This document shows positions 1 through 8,582 of a DNA stretch of 35,733 nt, one piece after another (the first letter of the stretch is position 1; each line of letters opens with the position of its first letter). The notes below the pieces were generated by a model that was given only the letters and a program-made list of their open reading frames with translations, was not told the DNA's origin and made no database searches. The stretch is from an uncultured Spartobacteria bacterium (lineage in GTDB: Bacteria; Verrucomicrobiota; Verrucomicrobiia; Chthoniobacterales; UBA6821), in the NCBI GenBank assembly GCA_903831635.1, contig CAIKYN010000414.1, positions 1-35,733 of the forward strand, read 5' to 3'. The position numbers were made by a program, and so were the translations under genes.

Positions 1-352
1 AAATTCGAAATCGAAGACGAAAGCGTCGACCCATTAGCCAGGGCTGCCGTGAGGGTTTGATTTCCAGCAAGCGAAACTCCTGACGTAAGTGAGGCAGGGA
101 TGGCCGTGAGGCTATCGCCCACGAGCGAGACGTTCTGGATCGCTGGGAAATTCGAAATCGAAGACGAAAGCGTCGACCCATTAGCCAGGGCTGCCGTGAG
201 GGTTTGGTTACCCGCAAGTGAGACCCCGGCCGTCAGCGACGCGGGAATGGCCGTGAGGCTATCGCCCACGAGCGAAACGTTCTGAACCGCTGGGAAATTC
301 GAAATCGAAGACGAAAGCGTCGACCCATTAGCCAGGGCTGCCGTGAGGGTTT
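1..352. repeat. 147-bp tandem repeat (at least 2.4 copies; array may continue left of the window)
   Basis: Units start at 1, 148 and 295 with AAATTCGAAATCGAAGACGAAAGCGTCGACCCATTAGCC... The first 58 nt are identical in all three copies. Copies 1 and 2 are full length and copy 3 diverges after 352. Period = 49 codons of the minus-strand fibre ORF. Confidence 0.95.
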
Positions 353-644
353 GCCCTCCCGAAAGCGAAACTCCTGCCGTTAGCGAGACTCCAGAAAGCC
401 CATTAGTGGACGTTACGCCATCGTCATAGGTAATAGCTAGCACGGGGCCGATTATCCCGGTTCCCGAGAGCGTCAATACACTGTTGGTTCCCTGCACATA
501 AGTCCCGTTACCGCTTTTTAGGCTATAGAGGATACCGCCATTGCTCACGTCTGTGATGAGCAAAATGTGATTTTGCGGGAGATTAACGCCAATCAGCGTG
601 ATTGCTCGCCCGGAGATGGAATAATTATCAAGGAGCTGTTTCAT
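1..644 (-). CDS. Tail fibre protein, N-terminal part only (gene runs off the left edge), with in-frame 49-aa tandem repeats
   Basis: Absent from the ORF track because no stop lies in the window. ATG at 644-642 on the minus strand, frame open to position 1: MKQLLDNYSISGRAITLIGVNLPQNHILLITDVSNGG... then repeated ...SLTAIPASLT(S/A)GVSLAGNQTLTAALANGSTLSSSISNFPA(I/V)QNVSLVGD. 5-nt gap to the upstream fibre-module gene. Confidence 0.7.
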   Translation of the reverse strand, partial: MKQLLDNYSISGRAITLIGVNLPQNHILLITDVSNGGILYSLKSGNGTYVQGTNSVLTLSGTGIIGPVLAITYDDGVTSTNGLSGVSLTAGVSLSGGQTLTAALANGSTLSSSISNFPAVQNVSLVGDSLTAIPASLTAGVSLAGNQTLTAALANGSTLSSSISNFPAIQNVSLVGDSLTAIPASLTSGVSLAGNQTLTAALANGSTLSSSISN

Positions 645-649
645 TTTTT

Positions 650-952
650 TTAGAGAGCAATGGAGTAGACGAGCGCGTCATCATCCGCCCCCTGACTCAC
701 GACCACTGAAAAATTTTCGGCAGTAGAAATGGCAGATGCTAGTTGTGCGGGAGAAACAGGAACAAAACCAAGTGCGGAGGCGATATTTTCGGAAGTCACC
801 GAGGCATCTGATCCATTCGTACCATTTGTTCCATTGGTTCCATTGGTGCCGGGCACACCGACGGCAAGCGTGACAATCTCGGTCGGTGGATTCGGTGCCA
901 CCGTGGCATTGACCACCGGAGGCGGTGTGATTGTGACGGTGATATCGGCCAT
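650..952 (-). CDS. Small fibre-module protein with a collagen-like G-x-y run
   Basis: ORF track. GVPGTNGTNGTNGTNGSDAS is encoded by imperfect 9-bp repeats around 815-850. Tightly packed between fibre-module genes. Confidence 0.6.
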   Translation of the reverse strand: MADITVTITPPPVVNATVAPNPPTEIVTLAVGVPGTNGTNGTNGTNGSDASVTSENIASALGFVPVSPAQLASAISTAENFSVVVSQGADDDALVYSIAL

Positions 953-961
953 CGGAAAAAA

Positions 962-1318
962 TTAGGGAAGAATCTCCAGGGGGCCTTCTCCGCCTGAAAT
1001 CACGGAACCATCAGGGCGGGTCAGCAGTATCTTGACCCAATAAGCTCGAAGTCCTGCCGAATCAGCCAAGGGAAGCGAAAGCGCCGCCGTGACGGCATGA
1101 CCGAGCGAGGCCGTGATCAAAGAATTTGTCACCGTGGTCGAAAAAGTAGCCAGCAAATCCGCCCCCGGAGCACGGAGCAAAACAATCGAGGCCGTGTAAC
1201 CCGTCAGATTTATTGCTGATCCGGTAGTTTCGTCGCTAAGAGAAATGCCAAATGAATAGTCTGCTCCACGCGTGAGGGCTGCTTGATTTGCCGATGTCAG
1301 TGAGAGAGTCGTCGCCAC
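962..1318 (-). CDS. Hypothetical tail fibre-module protein
   Basis: ORF track frame with a GTG start at 1318. S/T/A/L-rich beta-type composition. Preceded by a CTTTGACAT box 13 nt upstream. Confidence 0.55.
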   Translation of the reverse strand: MATTLSLTSANQAALTRGADYSFGISLSDETTGSAINLTGYTASIVLLRAPGADLLATFSTTVTNSLITASLGHAVTAALSLPLADSAGLRAYWVKILLTRPDGSVISGGEGPLEILP

Positions 1319-1328
1319 ATCAGGCGGC

Positions 1329-1778
1329 CTATGTCAAAGATGCACCCACGGTCACCGTGAAATTCTGGGAACTTGTTCGCAATGTAGCGGGGCCGATGTT
1401 TCCGTTTTGTGATCCATAGAAAGGGTTGGATTGCACCCACTGAATCTCTCCCAAAAGCGACAGGGATTGACCGGAACCTAGGGCCTGCTGCAAGGCTGAA
1501 CCTGTCAACGAGGCATGAAGGTAATAGGAATTCGATTCCGAATGATAGTTCCAGGCATCGCTCTGAAGCATGATTTCCCCGGTGTCGGAACTCTTCAAGG
1601 TCAGCAAGATCGAAGTAATCGGATATAGTTCCGGTGCCCCCCCGGGATCCACATTGGTCGCATTGTTCCGAAAGATTATTTCCAGAAGCAGATCATCCCC
1701 GTATTTTTCCAGATCAGGAAGTGTTCCAGTGACCACGCGAGTCACCATATCGACCGAAAAGGAATTCAGCGTATTCAT
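1329..1778 (-). CDS. Hypothetical tail fibre-module protein, paralogous to the C-terminus of the upstream 480-aa protein
   Basis: ORF track. LSLLGEIQWVQSN...SSQNFTVTV resembles VTLIGEIAWQEVN...RSQNFPVTI at the end of 1775..3217. ATGA start/stop overlap with that gene. Confidence 0.65.
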   Translation of the reverse strand: MNTLNSFSVDMVTRVVTGTLPDLEKYGDDLLLEIIFRNNATNVDPGGAPELYPITSILLTLKSSDTGEIMLQSDAWNYHSESNSYYLHASLTGSALQQALGSGQSLSLLGEIQWVQSNPFYGSQNGNIGPATLRTSSQNFTVTVGASLT

Positions 1779-3217
1779 GAGGTGAAATCAGCTTCTTGAT
1801 TGAGTGATCGAGTAATGGTGACAGGGAAATTCTGGCTGCGGCGATTGATCAAACTTGGCCCCACACCTGTCTGATTGACTTCCTGCCATGCGATTTCCCC
1901 AATCAATGTCACGGTTTCAATCACTCCGTCCGCAAAAGATCCAAAACACTTGGAAAGAGCAGGACTAGTGATCGGAAAATATAAAAGATACGAGAAAAAC
2001 GAAGGATCACCCCAGCTTGTCACCACGCACGGGATAAAATTTGCTGAAGAGAGCACCACGGATCGGCTTGCCGGATCAAGAAAAGTGCAAAAAATCATGG
2101 TGATCTGGGGATCGAGAAAAGATGACCCCGCGTGAAATGCGACTTGAAAAAGAAAATCATCCCCTTCCTTCAGCGTGCCTGGAGAAATACTTGTCTGGGT
2201 AACATTCCACGACGGTTGACCATTATTAACAGGCTGCTGACCCCATTGTGCCGTGCCATGGTTTGTTTTATCGATCCAAAGCTGTTGAACCGCAAGATCA
2301 CTGGCAGTCTGGGCTATGGCGTACGGATAACCAATATATTCGATATTAGGTGAAGAAAAAGCGTTTGCATACCCGGCAAGATGCAAAATCGGCAATGGAC
2401 AAGGATAATGGAACGTCGAAGAAACCGATCCTCCAAAAGCTATGGAATTCGGCGATGCCGACAAATAGAACGAAGCTCCATTCCACATTTCGAAATGGTT
2501 GCATGTCACATTTTGTCCCCACCCATACTGATCGGGTCCACCAGGGTAAAGTTGAAGGTTCGTGCTGTATTTCCCGATGATCACCGTGTCGTAAGCAACA
2601 ATGGTTGATCCTTCGCTTCGCAACACATTTACTAATCCATCGATGTAGACAGTATCATAGGCCGTGGGGAGGCTTGTGGCGGCGGTCGTGTGGGAACTAT
2701 TGTTCCACCAATTACCTAAAGTCAGAAGATTCGCATCTGATGTCGCGTTATTATAATAATAAACCTGACCTTTGATGATTAATGTTTCAGAAATAGAACC
2801 AACATAATTACTAGAAACAATTATTGCTTCAACTGTGTAGGATCCAGAGTTTGTTGGAGGCGTCGTTGATCCGTTGTAAGTGATCGATGTCGTCAGCCCA
2901 CTGGGAGTCGTGGTTGCGGTCACGCCATGCGATGACCCGTCATAAGTGACCGTCATCGCCCCCGACAACGTAATCGTGGCCGGTGCGGGCGTAATGTAGA
3001 ATTGAGCAGAAGCCGTGATTGTTACGCCCTCGAGCACACTTGTCGCAACCACATAATAGTTTCCAGCATTGGTCGGCGGAGTGCTGGAGCCATTGTATGT
3101 GACACTTACCGATGACCCGTCAGAGGCACTTGCCGTAATGGATTGAGGTGAACCATTATAGACAACAGACAACCCACTTAAGGTAATAATACCAGGGGGT
3201 ACAGGAGTTAAAGACAT
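1775..3217 (-). CDS. Tail fibre / receptor-binding candidate with two MBG-type repeats
   Basis: ORF track, 480 aa. Tandem ~65-aa repeats (VVYNGSPQSITA...VTYNGSSTPPTNAGNYYVVA and VTYDGSSHGVTA...ITYNGSTTPPTNSGSYTVEA) match the adhesin MBG-domain pattern as I remember it. An AT-rich linker follows, then a distinct C-terminal domain. Confidence 0.7.
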   Translation of the reverse strand: MSLTPVPPGIITLSGLSVVYNGSPQSITASASDGSSVSVTYNGSSTPPTNAGNYYVVATSVLEGVTITASAQFYITPAPATITLSGAMTVTYDGSSHGVTATTTPSGLTTSITYNGSTTPPTNSGSYTVEAIIVSSNYVGSISETLIIKGQVYYYNNATSDANLLTLGNWWNNSSHTTAATSLPTAYDTVYIDGLVNVLRSEGSTIVAYDTVIIGKYSTNLQLYPGGPDQYGWGQNVTCNHFEMWNGASFYLSASPNSIAFGGSVSSTFHYPCPLPILHLAGYANAFSSPNIEYIGYPYAIAQTASDLAVQQLWIDKTNHGTAQWGQQPVNNGQPSWNVTQTSISPGTLKEGDDFLFQVAFHAGSSFLDPQITMIFCTFLDPASRSVVLSSANFIPCVVTSWGDPSFFSYLLYFPITSPALSKCFGSFADGVIETVTLIGEIAWQEVNQTGVGPSLINRRSQNFPVTITRSLNQEADFTS

Positions 3218-5367
3218 TATTGTATTTTTACTTGGGCTGCCGATGCGCCATTTGCTGCCGTCAAACTCGGCACCAATCCGTAGCTGATCCAGGCACGAGG
3301 ATCACTCTGGGAGGATTCCGTGGAAAGGCCAATCAGTCGGCACCGGATCACAAAATCGGCACTTGAAGGTGCGGCGGCGTTGTTGCCGGTGGTGATGCCG
3401 TATTTCTGCTGATCGAGATGCAGAGTGTCGGTCGATCCGACCATGAGTCGGGAAATGTAAACCCCGAAGCTGTGGGTGATCAGATCTTCGGTCATTACAA
3501 TTGGCTGGACGAAAACAGGAGATCCCGTGTTCCAAGTCACCGCCAATCCTCCACTCTCGGTATAATTGCCAATCTCGACGACGAGGTTGTAGCTCACACC
3601 ACAATTTGCCCGAAGGGCCTGCAGCGTGACACCCCAGTCGATCGAGAGCGTGCGGCCCAGCGACAACATGGAGCTGTTCATCGGAACGCTCCAGAGCTCA
3701 CGGTCGTAATTGGAAGAAACAGCCAGGGAGGGAGGACGATTCGGCAATGCCGTGGAAAGATAACCTGTCTTAGGGTCGGACTTTGCCGTTCCAAGATAAC
3801 CGACACACTCAGAAAGCACGGTCAGAGGGAAAGTAACAGCCAGTCCCGAAGTCGCCGTACCGGCTCCCGCCGTTGTGGGTAGGATTGCGGCAAGTTCCGT
3901 GACGGAATTACTCAAAGAATTCAGCGTGGAAGAGAGGCCAGTCACTTGAGCAGGGTCGATGACGATATTAGAGACAAACGCGCTTGTGGGGCCTGCGGTC
4001 GAGATCACCGCCACGACCTGACCACTCGTGAGTACCGAAGGGAATGTCAGCACCACGGTCGATGTCCCGACCACGGCATGGTAGTCGGTGCCATTGATCA
4101 GCAAGGCCCCCGTGGCATTATTGCGAAGGGTCAGGTGCAGGTTTGAAGTTCCGAGGTTATGGGTCACGGTGTAGACCGTGGACGTTCCATTACCCACGGC
4201 TGCGGAATAGAACTGCTGGCCGGTGATGACCTGACTCGGGTCGAACGGTAGATAGCTCGAAGGGCCCGGAGGCTGCGCCCAGTTGATCGAACTCGCCGTC
4301 TCCAATCCAGGCCAATTAATGGGACGCTGAAGCGATGCCTTTTGGCGGAAGAGGGTGACGGTTTGCTTGTTGGAAGAATCAGAGCTTGATTGTCCATCAG
4401 GTAAGATGTCGGCCTCGACTTCCAAAAAAAGATCGTTTCTCGTATCGGCTACTCGAAGCGCTTCGTAACATCCCGAGGTGTTGAGATCAAGGAGCAGGGT
4501 GTTATCCCCCGGAGGAGCCGAGATCACGGAAACCGTCAGGAGTGGTTGAGCCGTGCCATTGAACGACGATCCATCGAAAACAATCTGAGCAACACCCGTT
4601 TGAGGGTTCAGCACGGTGACACTTTGACCAACTCCACTCCAAAGGGCATTGAGCGCACTAGCAATCTGACTGACCCCCGAATCGACCGAGAGGGCCGCGG
4701 TCGTGCGGTTATTCCATGTCAGGTTGAAAGTCCCCTGAAAGGTGGCGGGGATGGTCAGGTTCTGGATGGTGGGGCTGGGGAGACCATAAACCGAGGTCAT
4801 CCCCTCCATGACCATGGTCACCGAAGGGCGCGGAGGAAGCACAGGGGACCAGACATTCGTTGCGGCAAGCGGTGCCTGGACAAGCGTCACTTCGTGTTCG
4901 ACCGTGCTGGCAAGCTGCGTGGTGCGGACGCGGATCAGGGAAACCGGATCAAGGTTGTTGGCATGCTCCACGATGGTGTGCGCGACTCCATCGGAAAACG
5001 TGATGACAAAACTGATGCCATCCACGCGAACCGAACACGTCATCCCGCCGGTCAAGATGGCATTGATGGCGGTCTGTAAATCGGAAGCCGAAGCAGAAAA
5101 AGGGAGCGAGGGCGTGGAAATTCCATCGATCGAAAGGGCAAACGTCCCTCCGGTCGGAGGCGTGTCGCTGAACCCGATCGAGGCACGCATCCCGGCCACG
5201 TTCGGGAAGACCTGGGTGGAGACCCCGCTCTTGGTCTCACAAAACCGCAAACCAAGCGAAATTGCCTCTCCCCCGGTAAACGTGGGAAAAGTGAAATTCG
5301 TCCCGCCAACCTTCGTGACGGCACGCCGACCCGTGAGATCGGCAAAGACAAGGAAACTGCTGGCCAT
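3217..5367 (-). CDS. Large tail tip / central fibre structural protein
   Basis: ORF track, 716 aa, T/S/G/V-rich. TAATG overlap with the next gene. Lies in the tail-tip block downstream of the tape measure. CTTTGACAT box 15 nt upstream. Confidence 0.7.
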   Translation of the reverse strand: MASSFLVFADLTGRRAVTKVGGTNFTFPTFTGGEAISLGLRFCETKSGVSTQVFPNVAGMRASIGFSDTPPTGGTFALSIDGISTPSLPFSASASDLQTAINAILTGGMTCSVRVDGISFVITFSDGVAHTIVEHANNLDPVSLIRVRTTQLASTVEHEVTLVQAPLAATNVWSPVLPPRPSVTMVMEGMTSVYGLPSPTIQNLTIPATFQGTFNLTWNNRTTAALSVDSGVSQIASALNALWSGVGQSVTVLNPQTGVAQIVFDGSSFNGTAQPLLTVSVISAPPGDNTLLLDLNTSGCYEALRVADTRNDLFLEVEADILPDGQSSSDSSNKQTVTLFRQKASLQRPINWPGLETASSINWAQPPGPSSYLPFDPSQVITGQQFYSAAVGNGTSTVYTVTHNLGTSNLHLTLRNNATGALLINGTDYHAVVGTSTVVLTFPSVLTSGQVVAVISTAGPTSAFVSNIVIDPAQVTGLSSTLNSLSNSVTELAAILPTTAGAGTATSGLAVTFPLTVLSECVGYLGTAKSDPKTGYLSTALPNRPPSLAVSSNYDRELWSVPMNSSMLSLGRTLSIDWGVTLQALRANCGVSYNLVVEIGNYTESGGLAVTWNTGSPVFVQPIVMTEDLITHSFGVYISRLMVGSTDTLHLDQQKYGITTGNNAAAPSSADFVIRCRLIGLSTESSQSDPRAWISYGLVPSLTAANGASAAQVKIQ

Positions 5368-5393
5368 ATCCTTTGCCAGTCATGTCAAAGAGC

Positions 5394-5561
5394 CTAAGAA
5401 ACTGGCAGATCCGCTTGAGTGATTTCTTGAGGAATCCCAAAAAATTGAGGATTAAAAGGCAACACGACCCACGGATACGCAGGATCGAGAGGAGCGGCTT
5501 TTTTCTTTTGATCGGCTGCCGCCTGCTTGGCGTTGTTGGCTTTAAGATTAAGATCGGTCAT
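5394..5561 (-). CDS. Small hypothetical protein (55 aa)
   Basis: Below the ORF-track size cutoff. ATG 5561-5559, TAG 5396-5394. MTDLNLKANNAKQAAADQKKKAAPLDPAYPWVVLPFNPQFFGIPQEITQADLPVS. Fills an otherwise empty 206-nt gap in a tightly packed operon. Confidence 0.4.
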   Translation of the reverse strand: MTDLNLKANNAKQAAADQKKKAAPLDPAYPWVVLPFNPQFFGIPQEITQADLPVS

Positions 5562-5573
5562 TTTTTGGGGTGC

Positions 5574-6587
5574 TTAAATGCTCCAAAACATTCCTTTTTG
5601 AGAAATCTGAGCAAGCCCAGTCGAAAGCGCACTGGAAGCATCATTGATTGTCGAAAGATCTTCATTCACAATCGCATCCCCCAGCCCACCGGCGAGCCCC
5701 GTATAGAGCACGATGGGATTGAGAGGGTGTTGCAACTGAGCCACAGTCTGTGCGGCATACAGCAAGTTATAAAAAATCGAGTGCTGGACATACGGCGTCC
5801 ATGTGCCATCGAGAGGGGCGGCGGCATCGGTCTTCGGAGGGGAAAGGAAAAACACCGTCGATATCAAAAGTTCATCATACGGAATATCAGGAGCGAGTTG
5901 CTGTTTTGTCCATGTGGCAAAGAGTTTCTGAGCCGCTGTCTCTTCCTGCTGGATCTTCAGATTCTTAATTACCTTGAACCGGGGCCTTGTACCATACGTG
6001 GACAAGGCGGAACTATCAAACGACGGAACAAGCGAGGTGACCGAACCCCCTCCGGGATTGTCATTGATTTGGATCGTTCCATTGATTCCAAGCCGTGCAA
6101 TGGAGAGATAGAGATCACAGGAGAGCAAGCGACGCCATCCGGGGGCGTTTTCTCCCTGGGCAATGTTCCCCGAGGAATCGAGAGAGACTGATTTATCAAC
6201 CGCCGCTCCCAGTTCCGCAAAAAAAGCCGGAATCGGCAAATCGACACCCGAAAGACTGCCAGCCGTCCGATCCACCACGGAAAGCAACGGCAACACGGGA
6301 TCCGCCGTCAATCCCACGGAAATCAGTTTGCCCGTCTGAGGATCCACCGCCGAACAGAGGGGGTCGATGCCATTCACGAATCCAGCCACCACCGAGGCGT
6401 TCCATTGCTTGGCCTTGGCATCCCACGAGGCCGTCGTCAGCCAGGGATGAGGAACCGACGGAAAAGAATCCTTGGCAGTGATTGCATATCCTCCCGAAGT
6501 TTCTCGAATTTCACAATACGCCCCCGGCTGCGGACGCGCTGCCGCCATGCGGTCGAGCAGTTCATTCACTTCACGAGCTGCAATCAT
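5574..6587 (-). CDS. Tail tip / baseplate-region structural protein
   Basis: ORF-track frame 5574..6716. Start moved to ATG 6587-6585, which forms an ATGA overlap with the stop (6586-6584) of the upstream gene. The longer version would overlap that gene by 133 nt. Confidence 0.6.
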   Translation of the reverse strand: MIAAREVNELLDRMAAARPQPGAYCEIRETSGGYAITAKDSFPSVPHPWLTTASWDAKAKQWNASVVAGFVNGIDPLCSAVDPQTGKLISVGLTADPVLPLLSVVDRTAGSLSGVDLPIPAFFAELGAAVDKSVSLDSSGNIAQGENAPGWRRLLSCDLYLSIARLGINGTIQINDNPGGGSVTSLVPSFDSSALSTYGTRPRFKVIKNLKIQQEETAAQKLFATWTKQQLAPDIPYDELLISTVFFLSPPKTDAAAPLDGTWTPYVQHSIFYNLLYAAQTVAQLQHPLNPIVLYTGLAGGLGDAIVNEDLSTINDASSALSTGLAQISQKGMFWSI

Positions 6588-7174
6588 ACGGCCCAAAAAA
6601 AATGCCGTCCCACACCCGAGGCAGGTTTGAGCCATTGATGCCCAAGATTGTGATAGGTCTGCTGGTAGAGTTTCGGTTCGCCGGATTGTTTTTTGAATAG
6701 GGCGATGGGATGCCAAGCCGTAAAGGGATCCAGGGGTTTCGGCCAGACATTGGTTGTAGAAATCGTCGCCGCAGTGATCAGCCCCGTGGCGTCGATCACG
6801 ATCTTCAGCACGACCCAGATCCGCCCTTCGGTATCGAAATCCGTTCCGATCGAAAGTTTCGGGGCTCCTCCGGCTACCGGTTTTCCCGTTTTGGCATCGA
6901 TCCCGGAGATCGGCACATTGCTGATGGTTGGTTCCATCTGATTGATCAACCCAAGTTCCACGGTGTAATCGCTTCCTTGCTTATTCACGCGAAATGGGTG
7001 AGACCAGTTCAGGCCCGCAGGGACAAAAGAAATGGAAAACCCATTCGGGTTCTGCGTGATCCGGGTATTGGCCCCGGACTGAGGGCGAAGCGCGGCCACG
7101 CAATCTCGGAGCTGATTCCAGAACTTGGCGGTAAAGGGATCACCGGGGGCGACCTTGGGAGGTAATGGGATCAT
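6584..7174 (-). CDS. Tail tip-region structural protein
   Basis: ORF track, 196 aa. ATGA overlap with the upstream gene at 7171-7174. Confidence 0.6.
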   Translation of the reverse strand: MIPLPPKVAPGDPFTAKFWNQLRDCVAALRPQSGANTRITQNPNGFSISFVPAGLNWSHPFRVNKQGSDYTVELGLINQMEPTISNVPISGIDAKTGKPVAGGAPKLSIGTDFDTEGRIWVVLKIVIDATGLITAATISTTNVWPKPLDPFTAWHPIALFKKQSGEPKLYQQTYHNLGHQWLKPASGVGRHFFWAV

Positions 7175-7869
7175 GCGGTGGCCTTATACAAAATGGAATT
7201 CCAGCCACCGGCCCCCGAGAGCTGCCATTGCTCACTCACCTCGAAGACCCCGGCTCTCGATGTGACTTTCGGCGCGAGCTTCAGCCAATTCCGAGACGCA
7301 AGATCCGGCACCTCTATCAAGGTATCACCCGGAAGATCGGAAATCAGACCGATATTATCAAAGAGACCATCAATATCGCCAAGATCAGCCACCGTTTGAG
7401 TCCGTCGAAAAATGCACCCGATCGAGAGATAACTGGTCACCCCGTACATCGGGTTATCCCCTCCCCCGGCATTTTGATTCGGGGCCGTCTGGATGTCGGA
7501 GAGGAGCGAGGCATCCGGGACATTGATGGAGAACTCTTTGGTGGTCTCATTGTATCCATACATGGTCGCAATCGAATCGGCCTGACCGATCCCAAAGTTC
7601 GGATGACTCTGGATCGGTTCCTCTTTCATCGAGAAATCCAAGGTCTCTTGAATCATCCCGTGGGCATCCGTGGCACGAAAATCGCCCACAATGAAACAAC
7701 CACTCTCATCGACTGAAAAACTGGCATCCTCATAAGCTTTGGCAAAAGCTTCCGCAGCCGAGAAGTCAGGCGTCCCCGGTTCAATCGGAAAAGCGTATTT
7801 CTCCGACGAAGAAAAGAGCCCCGTGCGATCCAAGGAAAAACTTCCGCCAATGGTTTGAAAAGTACTCAT
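7171..7869 (-). CDS. Tail tip protein, paralogue 2 of a tandem pair
   Basis: ORF track. LDFSMKEEPIQSHPNFG ... WLKLAPKVTSRAGVFEVSEQWQLSGAGGW aligns with LDFSMSQNPVQSSPNFS ... WLYLAPKISTRGNAFQIVQEWMLSGTGGW of 7876..8577. Confidence 0.65.
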   Translation of the reverse strand: MSTFQTIGGSFSLDRTGLFSSSEKYAFPIEPGTPDFSAAEAFAKAYEDASFSVDESGCFIVGDFRATDAHGMIQETLDFSMKEEPIQSHPNFGIGQADSIATMYGYNETTKEFSINVPDASLLSDIQTAPNQNAGGGDNPMYGVTSYLSIGCIFRRTQTVADLGDIDGLFDNIGLISDLPGDTLIEVPDLASRNWLKLAPKVTSRAGVFEVSEQWQLSGAGGWNSILYKATA

Positions 7870-7875
7870 GGTTTG

Positions 7876-8577
7876 TTAATTGGCCGAAACTTCCAAAACG
7901 CTCAATGAGTCTTTGGAATAAATAGCCTCCAGCCACCCACCCGTTCCCGAGAGCATCCACTCCTGCACAATCTGAAACGCATTCCCTCTGGTCGAAATCT
8001 TCGGTGCCAAATAAAGCCATGTCCGGTCATCACCCATGGCGGGATCTTCTAGTTTCTTAAACGGAGGATCGCCGATGATCGTGCCGATATTCTCAAAGAG
8101 ATCGGAAGGCAACTCGCTCACGGTCTTGGTCTGGCGATACACACACGTGTAGGAAAGGAAATCGGTCGTCCCATACACCGGGGAGGCCGTGCCATCCGGC
8201 AGGCTTTGCGGAAATGCTTTCTGTGCGGTGTCCCATCCGTAGGCGGTCACCATTTTGGAAAAATTCGGCGAACTCTGCACCGGATTCTGACTCATGGAGA
8301 AATCAAGCTCCTCCACCAATCCAATGTCGTCGGAATCATTGGAATCGCCCGAGACTTTCTCATAATCGAACTGGGCAATCCAGTTCCCAGCCTCATCGCC
8401 CTGGGCTTGAGCACCGACAAACAAGGCGTCGTCGTAGGTCTGATCCACCTCGTTGTAGGCCCCCGTAACCGCTGCCTGATACGAAGAAAAAAAGACACGG
8501 CGGGAAATCTTTTCCAGACCCGTCTTGTCGATCGAACGGCGTTCGCCGATCAGGATATGTCCATCATCCAGACTCAT
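7876..8577 (-). CDS. Tail tip protein, paralogue 1 (distal-tail position directly after the tape measure)
   Basis: ORF track, 233 aa. 5-nt gap after the tape measure gene. Homologous to 7171..7869. Confidence 0.65.
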   Translation of the reverse strand: MSLDDGHILIGERRSIDKTGLEKISRRVFFSSYQAAVTGAYNEVDQTYDDALFVGAQAQGDEAGNWIAQFDYEKVSGDSNDSDDIGLVEELDFSMSQNPVQSSPNFSKMVTAYGWDTAQKAFPQSLPDGTASPVYGTTDFLSYTCVYRQTKTVSELPSDLFENIGTIIGDPPFKKLEDPAMGDDRTWLYLAPKISTRGNAFQIVQEWMLSGTGGWLEAIYSKDSLSVLEVSAN

Positions 8578-8582
8578 CGTTT

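Noticed and set aside
100-285. 61-aa plus-strand ORF inside the repeat array.
   Set aside because: It is the shadow of the minus-strand fibre ORF. Its apparent internal repeat simply mirrors the 147-bp DNA repeat.
1-400. The tandem repeats read as a CRISPR array or as a DGR template/variable-repeat pair.
   Set aside because: - The repeats are contiguous with no spacers, in frame, and inside a coding sequence.
- No cas genes and no reverse transcriptase (no YxDD protein) occur in the window.
- The differences between copies are not adenine-specific.
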